The notes under the pieces are model-generated. The model was given only the letters and a program-made list of their open reading frames with translations. It was not told where the DNA came from and did no database searches. This document shows, piece by piece, positions 35,879 through 44,679 of a DNA stretch of 64,000 nucleotides. The DNA is from an uncultured Acidipila sp. (GTDB lineage Bacteria; Acidobacteriota; Terriglobia; Terriglobales; Acidobacteriaceae): positions 1,631 to 65,630 of the forward strand of contig CALMAN010000093.1 in assembly GCA_937859835.1 (NCBI GenBank). Direction: 5' to 3'. Within the stretch, counting starts at the first letter, position 1; each line of letters starts with the position of its first letter. A program made the position numbers and the translations under genes.

Positions 35879-36978
35879 ACCAGGCGCCGATGCTCAACAA
35901 CATCTTCTCGCAACCCGCTTCGCATCGGGCCGTCATGGATCTCCAGCAGGGCCCGCAGCGGGGCATCTTCCAAGCCTGTGCTGACCGGATCCGGAACGCG
36001 CCGGGCAGGCTTTTTCTTAGCGGGATGGGGGCGTCGTTTTTCGCGGCGATGCCCGCGGCAGACCGGCTTGCGCAGGCCGGCCGCTCCGTGCAGGCAACCG
36101 ACAGCGCAGAATTGCTCCACTTCGGCGGCGCCTCCTTTACGCGGGGCGACGTGGCCATCTTGATTTCTCGCTCGGGTGGTTCAATTGAAGTGGTGCACCT
36201 GGCCGAGAAGATGCGAGCCGCCGGGGTGGTGACGATCGCGTTGACGAATGTACCGGGCAGCAGGCTTGAACAGCTCGCAGACCTGACGCTGCTCGTAGGC
36301 TCGCACGCAGACGAGTTGATTGCCGTGCAAACCTACACCGGTACCGTGCTTACCCTGCTGCTCCTGGCCGAGCAGGTACTTACAGGCCAAAGCGCGCAGA
36401 CTGCCGCGGCCTGCCTGGCCGTGCTGCCGGCGCTCGCCGACTTTATCCAGCGCACCTGGGAGCAAAGCGCATCCTGGGGCGACATCCTGGTGGGTGAAGG
36501 CGCGCTGTACCTTATCGGCCGCGGCCCGGCCCTGGCTTCGGCGCAGGAGGGTGCGCTGCTGCTGCACGAAACTGCAAAGTCGCCCACCGTGGCCATGTCG
36601 GTCGGGCAGTTTCGCCACGGCCCGGTCGAGGTGGTTTCGTCACGGTTCCGCGCCATTGTGTTCGGCACCCCCGCGGTCACGCGCGGGCACGATCGCGCGC
36701 TTGCCCACGATCTGCAGCGCATGGGGGCCACGGTCCGCTGGATCGGACCTTTCGAGCCCGCTCCCGGCGAAGAAAGCAACCCGGTCGCGTCGCTGGGCTC
36801 CTGGCCTGAGCCTGCTTCGGAGTTCGCCTCGCTGTTTGAAGTGGTGCCTCTGCAGATCGCCGCGTACCGCTTGGCGGTGTGGCAGGGGATGACTCCAGGG
36901 CACTTCCGGTACGCGTCGGAGGTGACCTCGCAGGAGTCCGGCTTCCCCCTCTTCCAGGCAAAAACACTCTGCCTGTGA
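35875..36978 (+). CDS. Double-SIS-domain sugar isomerase/deaminase-like protein (AgaS/GlmS-C/FrlB-like)
   Basis: LFLSGMGASFFAA...VAILISRSGGSIEVV is a SIS signature, and a second SIS-like half follows (LYLIGRGPALASAQEGALLLHE). ATGA overlap with the preceding gene. Confidence 0.8.
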   Translation: MNQAPMLNNIFSQPASHRAVMDLQQGPQRGIFQACADRIRNAPGRLFLSGMGASFFAAMPAADRLAQAGRSVQATDSAELLHFGGASFTRGDVAILISRSGGSIEVVHLAEKMRAAGVVTIALTNVPGSRLEQLADLTLLVGSHADELIAVQTYTGTVLTLLLLAEQVLTGQSAQTAAACLAVLPALADFIQRTWEQSASWGDILVGEGALYLIGRGPALASAQEGALLLHETAKSPTVAMSVGQFRHGPVEVVSSRFRAIVFGTPAVTRGHDRALAHDLQRMGATVRWIGPFEPAPGEESNPVASLGSWPEPASEFASLFEVVPLQIAAYRLAVWQGMTPGHFRYASEVTSQESGFPLFQAKTLCL

Positions 36979-37901
36979 GCGACCGGGCGGCCAGGCCAGA
37001 GTGCGTGATCGCTGTGGATATCGGCGGCGGCACGACCAAGCTCGCACTCGTGAACCGAGAAGGAACGCTGGAGCAGTGGAGTGCTTTTCCAACAGCTTCT
37101 CCCGATGCGGACGTCTTTCTCGCGCGGACCCTTGCGGCCATTTGCGATCTGCAAGAAAAGGCCCGGGTGCCGCTCCATGGCCTTGCTGTCTCGGCAGCCG
37201 GTTTTGTAAGCGCCGGGGGCGTTCTTACGTTCAATGCCAATCTCCCGTGGCTGGAAGGTGCAAGGATTGGGGAAGTACTTGAGCGGGGCGCGAAGCTCCC
37301 TGTGCATGTTGAAGCAGATTCAAATGCGGCCTGTCTCGCCGAGTACGTGTTTGGCAGCGGGTGCGGCACAAACCGCTTCTTGTGCCTTACTGGGGGCACG
37401 GGGCTGGGCGTCGGCATGATCGCAGAGAACAAGCTGTTACGGATTGCGCATGGGTGCATGGGCGATGCCGGCCATGTCATCGTGGCTCCTGATGGCCCGG
37501 CGTGCAGCTGCGGAGGGCGAGGCTGTGCGGAGGCCCTTGTCTCGACAGCAGTGCTGCGGCAGCGGTACGGGGCAATGCTGTGCCAGGAAGTGTCCTTCCG
37601 GCAGCTTGTCGAGGATTCCCTGAGGGCTGCGTCCGCAGCCTGCCTTCTAATGGAGGAGGCAGGACGTGCACTTGGCGTGGCCGCGGCTTCCCTCGCGAGC
37701 ATCTTTTTTCCAGACCGGATTGCGGTTGCCGGAGGCCTGGCCCACGCAGGCGAAACCTTTTTCAGGGCGGCGGAGCAGTCATTCCGAAGCCACGTGGGAT
37801 CGCTTCCGGCTTCGCGGGCCACGCTTGCACTGGCGAACAGCGGCGCGCATGCGCCTCTGCTGGGCGCGGCCGCGTGTCTTTTCTATCCCGAGCTCTTGTG
37901 A
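36975..37901 (+). CDS. ROK family sugar kinase
   Basis: VIAVDIGGGTTKLALV ATP-binding start and the ROK zinc motif CSCGGRGCAEAL. The GTG start forms a GTGA overlap with the SIS gene stop. Confidence 0.85.
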   Translation: MSDRAARPECVIAVDIGGGTTKLALVNREGTLEQWSAFPTASPDADVFLARTLAAICDLQEKARVPLHGLAVSAAGFVSAGGVLTFNANLPWLEGARIGEVLERGAKLPVHVEADSNAACLAEYVFGSGCGTNRFLCLTGGTGLGVGMIAENKLLRIAHGCMGDAGHVIVAPDGPACSCGGRGCAEALVSTAVLRQRYGAMLCQEVSFRQLVEDSLRAASAACLLMEEAGRALGVAAASLASIFFPDRIAVAGGLAHAGETFFRAAEQSFRSHVGSLPASRATLALANSGAHAPLLGAAACLFYPELL

Positions 37902-37977
37902 GGTGCAGGAGCGGAGGCAGAGAGTGCTGCGGCACGGACGCCTGCATCAAGAGTGTGTGGGCGTGCGGCGCTCCTTA

Positions 37978-38006
37978 TTGACACCTCCATACGGGCTTCC
38001 TATAGT
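37978..38006 (+). promoter_or_regulatory. Near-consensus sigma70 promoter TTGACA-17-TATAGT
   Basis: TTGACA 37978-37983, an exact 17-nt spacer, TATAGT 38001-38006. It lies 44 nt upstream of the small-subunit ATG. Confidence 0.55.
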
Positions 38007-38011
38007 GAACC

Positions 38012-38035
38012 CAAACGTTTGCCGCAAGCGCTTGC
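38012..38035. promoter_or_regulatory. Two adjacent LacI-type palindromic operators over the predicted transcription start
   Basis: CAAACGTTTG (38012-38021, identical to the 33.5-kb sites) and GCAAGCGCTTGC (38024-38035, a perfect 12-bp palindrome). Confidence 0.6.
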
Positions 38036-38049
38036 CAAGGAGCAGGGTT

Positions 38050-38679
38050 ATGGCCGGTCAGAGTCCAAGCCGGAGGGAACTGATCCAGGCATTCGCACTG
38101 GCCTCGGCTGCAAGTGTGTTCCCCAACTTCACGCGGTGGGCCTGCGCGCAGGGCCAAACGCATGGAAGCGCCGCGACAGCTTCCCGCGGCTACAAGCCCC
38201 TCTTCTTCACTGCTCAAGAGTATGAAACGGTCGAGTTGCTGGCCGAGTTGATTCTGCCGGCGACCCATCACAGCGTCGTCAATGACCAGGGGATTGCCAG
38301 GCTGGAACGGCAACCGGGAGCCAGCGACGCAGGGGTTCCGGAGTTTATTGACTTCATGGTGTTCACAGATCGCGAGCAGCAGGCGCCGTTTCGTCAGGGA
38401 CTGGCGTGGATGGATCGCTCCGCTGCTCCTGCGCCTCGCTTCGCGAATCTTTCCGCTGCGGCCCAGAGTGCCGCGCTTGAACGCCTTGCCTACAAAGCAA
38501 AACAGCGAAGCGATGAGCAAGAAGCGCAGCAGTTCTTTCGCTTGTTTCGCCGCTACACCGTGATGGGTTTCTACACCACGGAGATCGGCTTGAAAGCACT
38601 TGACTTTCCCGGGCTTACTTTTTACGGATCGTCACCCGGCTGCACCCATGGCGATAACCCGGAACATAGCGGCTTGTAA
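38050..38679 (+). CDS. Gluconate 2-dehydrogenase subunit 3 family protein (Tat-signal small subunit of a GMC flavoenzyme)
   Basis: MAGQSPSRRELIQAFALASAASVF is a Tat-like leader. LFFTAQEYETVELLAELILP and PGASDAGVPEFIDFMV match the family pattern. The tracked ORF start (37666) overlaps the ROK gene. Confidence 0.8.
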   Translation: MAGQSPSRRELIQAFALASAASVFPNFTRWACAQGQTHGSAATASRGYKPLFFTAQEYETVELLAELILPATHHSVVNDQGIARLERQPGASDAGVPEFIDFMVFTDREQQAPFRQGLAWMDRSAAPAPRFANLSAAAQSAALERLAYKAKQRSDEQEAQQFFRLFRRYTVMGFYTTEIGLKALDFPGLTFYGSSPGCTHGDNPEHSGL

Positions 38680-38702
38680 GACGTACTCAGGCGGAGGGAT
38701 GC

Positions 38703-40382
38703 ATGGAGGGCTATGACGTCATTGTGATCGGCACCGGCGCGGGCGGCGGAATGGCCATCAAGACGCTTTGCGAGGCGGGCCTGAAAGTGTGCGCGCTCAA
38801 CGCCGGACGGCAGCTTGATCCCGCAAAGGACTTCCGCGAGCACCGCATGCCCTACGACGTGAAGTTTCGCGGCTTCGGCTCCCCGGCCCACCGTGCGCGC
38901 AGCGTTGGCTACATGGATAGCGAGTATGTGGCCCCGGACGTTTGGGAGCACGAGATTGAGTACGCGGTCGGGGAGGGCACGCGGTGGACCTGGCCGCGTG
39001 CCAATGCCGTGGGCGGCAAAACAAACTTTTGGGGCAGATCGGCAGCGCGCATGGCCTCGATCGACTTCAAGGCCGCTTCCCGCGACGGCTTCGACGTAGA
39101 CTGGCCCGTCACCTACGAGGAGATAGCACCGTATTACACGCGCGTCGAGGAGATGATCGGAGTCGCGAGCACCGTACAAAACCGGCCCTCCAATCCGGAT
39201 GGAAGTTATCTGCCGCCCATCCAGTTTCGCTGCATGGACCATATCCTTGCCTCAGGGGCCGGCAAGTTAGGCATTCCTTACCTTCCCGACCGGATTGCGC
39301 AGCTGACGCGCGCCCACCAGGGCCATCCGGCCTGCCACTACTGCGGCAACTGTACGAACGGCTGTGACGTGGGTGCATTCTTCTCGACGCCGTATTTCTT
39401 TCTCCCCCTGGCGCAGGCAACCGGCAACCTGGAGCTACGTACCGACGCAGTGGCACGCGAGATCCTGGTGGATGGGGATGGGCACGCTCGCGGCGTAGCT
39501 TATGTGGAGCGCCAGAGCCACCGCGAGATCGAGGTCCACGCCAAGGCAGTGATCGTTGCTGCTTCCTGCATCACCACTGCGCAGATCATGCTGAACTCCC
39601 GCTCGCGCCAATGGCCGACCGGCATCGCGAACTCTAGTGGGCAGCTCGGACGGAATCTTTGCGATCATATGTACGGCACATCGGGCTACGGGTATCTTCC
39701 ACAACTGCTCGGCCAGCCAAGCTTCCCGGACAATGTCACCGCGGCAACCGTCGCGTGGCTGCCTCGATGGCAAAATCTCGCGCATCCGACGCAGGAGAAG
39801 TTTATTCGCGGCTACTCCTTTTACCCGGGAGGAGGCTGCGATGAGTTTCCCGGCTACTATGACGACATAGAAGGGTTCGGCGCGGCATACAAGGCAGAGA
39901 TCCGCCGCCGCTATCCCACGCCGGCAAGCTTTACGTTGCAGGCCCCGAGCCAGCGTTCTGACCGGAACTTTGTGGACATCGACCCCGTGAAGAAGGATGT
40001 TTTCGGCACGCCGCAGGTGCGGATCCATTTCGAATGGGATCAGAACACCTTGCAGATGTGGGAGCACTCCAAGGAAGTGTGCAAGGAACTGTTTGCGGCG
40101 ATGGGCGCGGTGTACCAGGGGCACGGCGATCCTGAATCGCCAGGCTGGAGTCTCCACGAGACCGGGACCTGCCGCATGGGCAATGATCCGCAGCACTTTG
40201 TTACCAACCGCTTTGGGCAAGCTCATGATGTGCCCAACCTGTACGCCTGTGACGCGAGCGTCCTGCTGAACTGTACCGACAAGACCACGACTCTTTCGGT
40301 GCTCGCTTTTTCGCTGCGCGCCTCAGAACACCTGGTGGCGCAGTTCAAGGCGGGTACGGTGACGAGCAGGGCTGCGCTATGA
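38703..40382 (+). CDS. GMC family FAD-dependent oxidoreductase
   Basis: YDVIVIGTGAGGGMAIKTLCEAGLKVCALNAG is an FAD-binding fingerprint. C-terminal HETGTCRMGNDP...NLYACDASV is typical of the GMC C-domain. Confidence 0.9.
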   Translation: MEGYDVIVIGTGAGGGMAIKTLCEAGLKVCALNAGRQLDPAKDFREHRMPYDVKFRGFGSPAHRARSVGYMDSEYVAPDVWEHEIEYAVGEGTRWTWPRANAVGGKTNFWGRSAARMASIDFKAASRDGFDVDWPVTYEEIAPYYTRVEEMIGVASTVQNRPSNPDGSYLPPIQFRCMDHILASGAGKLGIPYLPDRIAQLTRAHQGHPACHYCGNCTNGCDVGAFFSTPYFFLPLAQATGNLELRTDAVAREILVDGDGHARGVAYVERQSHREIEVHAKAVIVAASCITTAQIMLNSRSRQWPTGIANSSGQLGRNLCDHMYGTSGYGYLPQLLGQPSFPDNVTAATVAWLPRWQNLAHPTQEKFIRGYSFYPGGGCDEFPGYYDDIEGFGAAYKAEIRRRYPTPASFTLQAPSQRSDRNFVDIDPVKKDVFGTPQVRIHFEWDQNTLQMWEHSKEVCKELFAAMGAVYQGHGDPESPGWSLHETGTCRMGNDPQHFVTNRFGQAHDVPNLYACDASVLLNCTDKTTTLSVLAFSLRASEHLVAQFKAGTVTSRAAL

Positions 40383-41299
40383 GTCTCATGGATCGTCGCT
40401 CCTTTGTCTTTACGGGCATGTGCGCTGCTGCTCAGTCTGGGTTCGCGACCGAAGCGGCTCTTCCCGCCGCCAACTTCCCCACGGACCCGCGTGCGCGTTT
40501 GGCCGTCGCCACGTATCCCTTCCGTGCCCGCATGCTTGCGCCTCAAAACACAGACCGCGATCCGCATGTGCCGGGCATGGACCTCGCGCACTTTGCCCGG
40601 TTTGTTCGCGCGGAGTTCGCAGTACCAGGCATCGAGCCTCTCCATGCGCACTTTCCATCGACCGAGTTGGCGCAGGTTCGCACGCTGCGGGCAGAGTTCG
40701 ATGCCGCGGGTGTTCACGTCGTGAACATCCCGGTCGATGAGCACGTCGATCTTTGCGGTGACCCGGCTACACGGAGCGAAGGGCAGGCCCGGCTTCGGCG
40801 TTGGATCGACATCGCCGCGATCCTTCGCTCGCCGAGCATCCGCATCGCCCTGCCAACCTGCGGGCAGCCCGGCAACCTGTCCGGGGCGCTGCAGGCGCTT
40901 CAGCCCACCCTCGACTATGCTGCTCGGCAGAAGATCGTGGTGAACCTGGAAAACGATGATCCGGTAACCGCATCGGCCGCGCGCATAGTTGCTGCCATCA
41001 AGGACTGCAGCTCACCATTTCTGCGAGCGCTTCCTGATTTCGCCAACGGTCTGATCGGTGGCGATGAAGCCTTCAATGCCAGCTCTGTGCAAAGCATGTT
41101 TGGCTACGCCTGGAATATCGCGCACGTCAAGGATGCCGAGGTGATCGGAGGCAAACGTGAAGGCGTCGATCTCCGGCAGCTTTTCAACTTGGCGAAGCGC
41201 GCAGGCTACCGCGGCTACTACTCGATGGAGTCCGATTCAAACGTCGATCCTGTTGCGGATACCAGGCACCTGATTGCGCAGAGCCTTGCGATGCTCTAA
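40379..41299 (+). CDS. Tat-signal xylose-isomerase-like TIM-barrel protein (sugar phosphate isomerase/epimerase family)
   Basis: MDRRSFVFTGMCAAAQSGFA is a Tat-type leader, followed by an AP-endonuclease-2/xylose-isomerase-like pattern (LAVATYPF...VVNLENDD...). ATGA overlap with the GMC gene. Confidence 0.75.
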   Translation: MSLMDRRSFVFTGMCAAAQSGFATEAALPAANFPTDPRARLAVATYPFRARMLAPQNTDRDPHVPGMDLAHFARFVRAEFAVPGIEPLHAHFPSTELAQVRTLRAEFDAAGVHVVNIPVDEHVDLCGDPATRSEGQARLRRWIDIAAILRSPSIRIALPTCGQPGNLSGALQALQPTLDYAARQKIVVNLENDDPVTASAARIVAAIKDCSSPFLRALPDFANGLIGGDEAFNASSVQSMFGYAWNIAHVKDAEVIGGKREGVDLRQLFNLAKRAGYRGYYSMESDSNVDPVADTRHLIAQSLAML

Positions 41300-41362
41300 G
41301 ACCCTGGCGCGAACGGGCGTGTCTGAGGCTTGCGCGAGAGAATCGTCTTACGGGGAGGAGCG

Positions 41363-42544
41363 ATGCGCTGGACCTGTAGCCTTAAGTGCTTGCTGGCGAT
41401 CGTTGTGCTGCTGTTTGGAACCGGCGCGCTCCCGGCACAAGCGCCAGACCCCGCGACGCTGTTTGCTCAAGGCACAGCGGCCCTGCGCCAGGGCGCGTAT
41501 GCAGAAGCCAGCCGGGACTTCCACGCGGTGTTGCGCCTCGACCCATCGTCGGCAGCGGCTTACACCAATCTGGGCGTCGCCGCCATGCGGCAAAAAAACT
41601 GGCCGGAGGCACTGCAAGCGCTGCAAAAAGCCCAGCAACTCGACCCCTCAGTTGCCGGGGTGCAGCTGAACCTTGGGCTGGTGTTTTATCGCTTAAACAA
41701 CTTTGTCGCCGCCATCCCTGAGTTCTCCTCCGTGCTTCGTCGCGAGCCTGCATCGGCACAGGCGCGCTACCTCCTTGGGCTTTCCTGCTTCTTCGCAAAC
41801 CAGTACAGCACTGCCGCTGAAACGCTTCTGCCGCTGTGGACGGAGCAGTCGGGGAACCTCGCTTACCTGTATGTGCTGGGAAGCGCGGCGCACAACGCGC
41901 ATGATGAAGCACTGAGCACGCGCGCGTTTGACCAGATGGCGCAGGCAGGCGAAGGCTCCGCCGGGTTTCACCTGTTCGCTGGCAAGGCGCTGCTGGGCAG
42001 GCAGGACTACGCCGGTGCCAAACAGGAGCTCAGCCAGGCGCTTGCTCTCGACCCCAGGCTCCCGATGGCGCACTTCTTTCTTGCGGAGGCGTACAGCGCG
42101 CAGCAGCAGCCTCAAAAAGCACACGACGAGCTGGTCGCGGAAACCACGCTCGAGCCAGAGGTGCCCTTCAGCTACGACGCGCTCGGCCGGCTGGACATGC
42201 AGGGCGGCAATCCCAAGCAGGCCGAAAAGGATTTCGAGGCGGCGCTGGAGCGTGATCCGACCCTGGCTTCAGCCTGCGTGGGACTGGCGCAGCTGCATCG
42301 CGATGCGCGCGAGTACAGCCAGGCGCTTGTGATGGTAGACAAAGCGCTTGCGCTGCAGCCTCAAAGCGCGAGCACCCACTACCTTCGTGGCCTGATCCTT
42401 GCGCGCCTTGGCCGTGCGGGCGAGGCGCGGAGCGAGTTCAGCACCACCAGCGACCTGCTGCATCGCTTCAATGAACAACTGAAGCCGCCGGATCAGAGCA
42501 TTGCCGCGGATGCGCAGAGCACGGAGGCTGCCGCGGAACAGTAG
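41363..42544 (+). CDS. Secreted TPR repeat protein
   Basis: ATG 41363 is preceded by GGGGAGGAG. Signal peptide, then repeated TPR units (AAYTNLGVAAMRQKNWPEALQALQKAQQLDP...). Confidence 0.75.
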   Translation: MRWTCSLKCLLAIVVLLFGTGALPAQAPDPATLFAQGTAALRQGAYAEASRDFHAVLRLDPSSAAAYTNLGVAAMRQKNWPEALQALQKAQQLDPSVAGVQLNLGLVFYRLNNFVAAIPEFSSVLRREPASAQARYLLGLSCFFANQYSTAAETLLPLWTEQSGNLAYLYVLGSAAHNAHDEALSTRAFDQMAQAGEGSAGFHLFAGKALLGRQDYAGAKQELSQALALDPRLPMAHFFLAEAYSAQQQPQKAHDELVAETTLEPEVPFSYDALGRLDMQGGNPKQAEKDFEAALERDPTLASACVGLAQLHRDAREYSQALVMVDKALALQPQSASTHYLRGLILARLGRAGEARSEFSTTSDLLHRFNEQLKPPDQSIAADAQSTEAAAEQ

Positions 42545-42676
42545 TCGAGCATCCTGCCACATCTCTCGTCGGCGAAGGCCACCGGCTGCCTACGATCTGC
42601 CGGGCCTGACGCAGCTGCTAGGCTCGCGATTTCTGGCCTACCAAGTCGCGGCACCAACGCAGTCCTTGTCCCCCCC

Positions 42677-42695
42677 CCGCCACAGAGCGTGGCGG
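42677..42695. terminator. Weak stem-loop between convergent TPR genes
   Basis: CCGCCAC (42677-42683) / GTGGCGG (42689-42695), 5-nt loop, flanked by a C8 run. No U-tract. Confidence 0.3.
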
Positions 42696-42701
42696 ACGCT
42701 T

Positions 42702-44528
42702 CTAACGCGGGTCGGGCGCGGTCTTGGCGAGGCTTTCTGCCTTGCGCCGTTCCGCAGCAGCCGCGCCCGGCTTCCGTTGTTTCTCGAGCGCCTCCGCAAG
42801 CAGGGCGTGCGCTTGAGCGAGCGACGGTTCGGCGCTGATCGCGGTTTCAAGCTGTGCCTGCGCTTCGGCGTACTTCTTCTGTTCCAGGAGCGCGCGCCCG
42901 CTTCGCAGCGAGAACTGTGCGCGCTGCGCGTTTGTGGCGTCCCGGCTCAGAGCGGCTGCGATCTTGCGCTCGGCTGCGGCGCCGGCTGCATCGCCCTGCT
43001 CGGCCAGTACCGAACCCAGCGTGACATGCGGGCCCGGCTGCCCTGGCTCAAGCGCGATGGCTCGCCGGAGTGCTTCGGCTGCACGCGCTTGATCGCCGGC
43101 CTGGTGGTACACCGAGCCCAGCACCGCCCACGCGTCGCCGTAGCCTGGGCGTAGCGTAGTCGCTGTTTCGAGCTGCGTGGCCGCAGCTTGAAAGTCACCC
43201 TGCTGCATGTAGAGCACGCCCAGCGTGTAGTCCGGGTCAGGGAGCGACGGGTCCAGGCGCTCCGCAGTTTGGAGCTCCGGGATCGCTGCCTGGAGGTTGT
43301 CCTTCAACTTGTAGGCAAGCGCCAGATCGTAATGCAGGTGCGCATTTCCTGGTTCAAGGGCGAGCCCGGCCTGGAATTGTTCGAGCGCCTGATCAAGCGC
43401 ACTGGCCTGCAGGTAGGCCACGCCAAAGTCCTCGCGCAGGGTAGCCGTAGGCGGCCCGGCAGCCAGGGCGCGGCTGTAAAGAGGAATCGCTTCTTTTGCA
43501 TCGCCGGTTTGCACCAGCGCGAGGGCGTAGTTGGTGAGCACACTGCTGTCTTTGGGGCGGGCCGCTGCGACTTCGGCGAAAAAGGGAAGGGCTTGCGCAG
43601 GCGCGCCATTGTTCTGCAGCGCCAGGGCAGTGTTGTATGTCGCGTCGAAGTACACGGGCGTCCCTTTTGGGGCAAGCGTGCGTGCGCGCTCGAGCTGGCC
43701 AACTGCTTCAGCATCCGCCCCGGTAGCCGACAGGGCGCGCCCGAGTTGAAGCGCGTACTCGGCGCTGGCAGGGGCAAGCCGGCTGGCTTCGCGCAAGGGT
43801 GCGAGTGCGTCCTCCGGGTGGCTGGTGGCCAGCAGCAGCGAGCCGAGGTGGTACTGCGCGGAAGCCAGCGAGGGTACCAGGGCAGTCGCGCGAGAAAACT
43901 CGGCCAGGGCTGCGTCGGTTGCACCGCTTTGCGCAAGAAGCACTCCGGCCGCGTCGTGCAGGGCGGCGCTTTCCGGCGCGGCGGCGAGCGCGGTGGTCAA
44001 CACAGCGCTTGCCGCCTCCCGTTTGCCAAGGGCTAAAAGCGACCTGGCTTCGGCCAGCGCGTCGTCGGGCGCGAGCGGGTCCGCGCCGCCCGCGCTCGCT
44101 GCCGCAAACGCGTCTACCGCGGCCGGGAAGCGGCCGAGCTGCTCTTCAGCGCGACCCAGGGCTGCGGCGGCCAGCTTGTCATGGGGGTCAAGGGCGCGTG
44201 CTCGCTCGAGTTGGGGAATGGCCGCAACCGGTTTGCCTTCGGCGAGCAGCACCTCACCGTAGGCCGTGTGCGCTGCTGCGACCTGCGGCGCCACCTTCAC
44301 GAGGCGTGCAAAGGCGGCATGCGCGCCGGCAAGATCGCCGGACTGAAAAGCGGAGTACCCGGAGCGGTAAAGCGCGGTGGCGTCCGCGGCTCGCTGCTGC
44401 GCGGGGGCACTTGCACCGGCGGCCAGCGTCACAATGGCTACCAGACCGGCCCGGAGCGCATGCCGAACGTTTGCGGCGCTTCCCAGAGAGCACGCGGTGC
44501 GTTGCGGAGGGAGTCGACAGGGCAACAC
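42702..44528 (-). CDS. Secreted TPR repeat protein
   Basis: TPR units run throughout (e.g. DPDYTLGVLYMQQGDFQAAATQLETATTLRPGYGDAWAVLGSVYHQAGD). I place the start at GTG 44528 (or TTG 44525), giving a signal-like RHALRAGLVAIVTLAAGASAPAQQ. The tracked ORF extension to 45071 overlaps the next gene and reads as Cys/Arg/Pro-rich noise. Confidence 0.7.
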   Translation of the reverse strand: MLPCRLPPQRTACSLGSAANVRHALRAGLVAIVTLAAGASAPAQQRAADATALYRSGYSAFQSGDLAGAHAAFARLVKVAPQVAAAHTAYGEVLLAEGKPVAAIPQLERARALDPHDKLAAAALGRAEEQLGRFPAAVDAFAAASAGGADPLAPDDALAEARSLLALGKREAASAVLTTALAAAPESAALHDAAGVLLAQSGATDAALAEFSRATALVPSLASAQYHLGSLLLATSHPEDALAPLREASRLAPASAEYALQLGRALSATGADAEAVGQLERARTLAPKGTPVYFDATYNTALALQNNGAPAQALPFFAEVAAARPKDSSVLTNYALALVQTGDAKEAIPLYSRALAAGPPTATLREDFGVAYLQASALDQALEQFQAGLALEPGNAHLHYDLALAYKLKDNLQAAIPELQTAERLDPSLPDPDYTLGVLYMQQGDFQAAATQLETATTLRPGYGDAWAVLGSVYHQAGDQARAAEALRRAIALEPGQPGPHVTLGSVLAEQGDAAGAAAERKIAAALSRDATNAQRAQFSLRSGRALLEQKKYAEAQAQLETAISAEPSLAQAHALLAEALEKQRKPGAAAAERRKAESLAKTAPDPR

Positions 44529-44679
44529 GGCGACCAGTGAACACAAAAAAATCAAACATCGGGCCGGCTGACCGGCGCCGGGCCTGCTGCCAGGGACGGT
44601 CCGGGTCTGAGGAGCAGGCGAGGCCCGTTCCTCAGATTGCCACAATCCAGGGAAAAGAGAAACCGCGAGGCTGCGGGAG

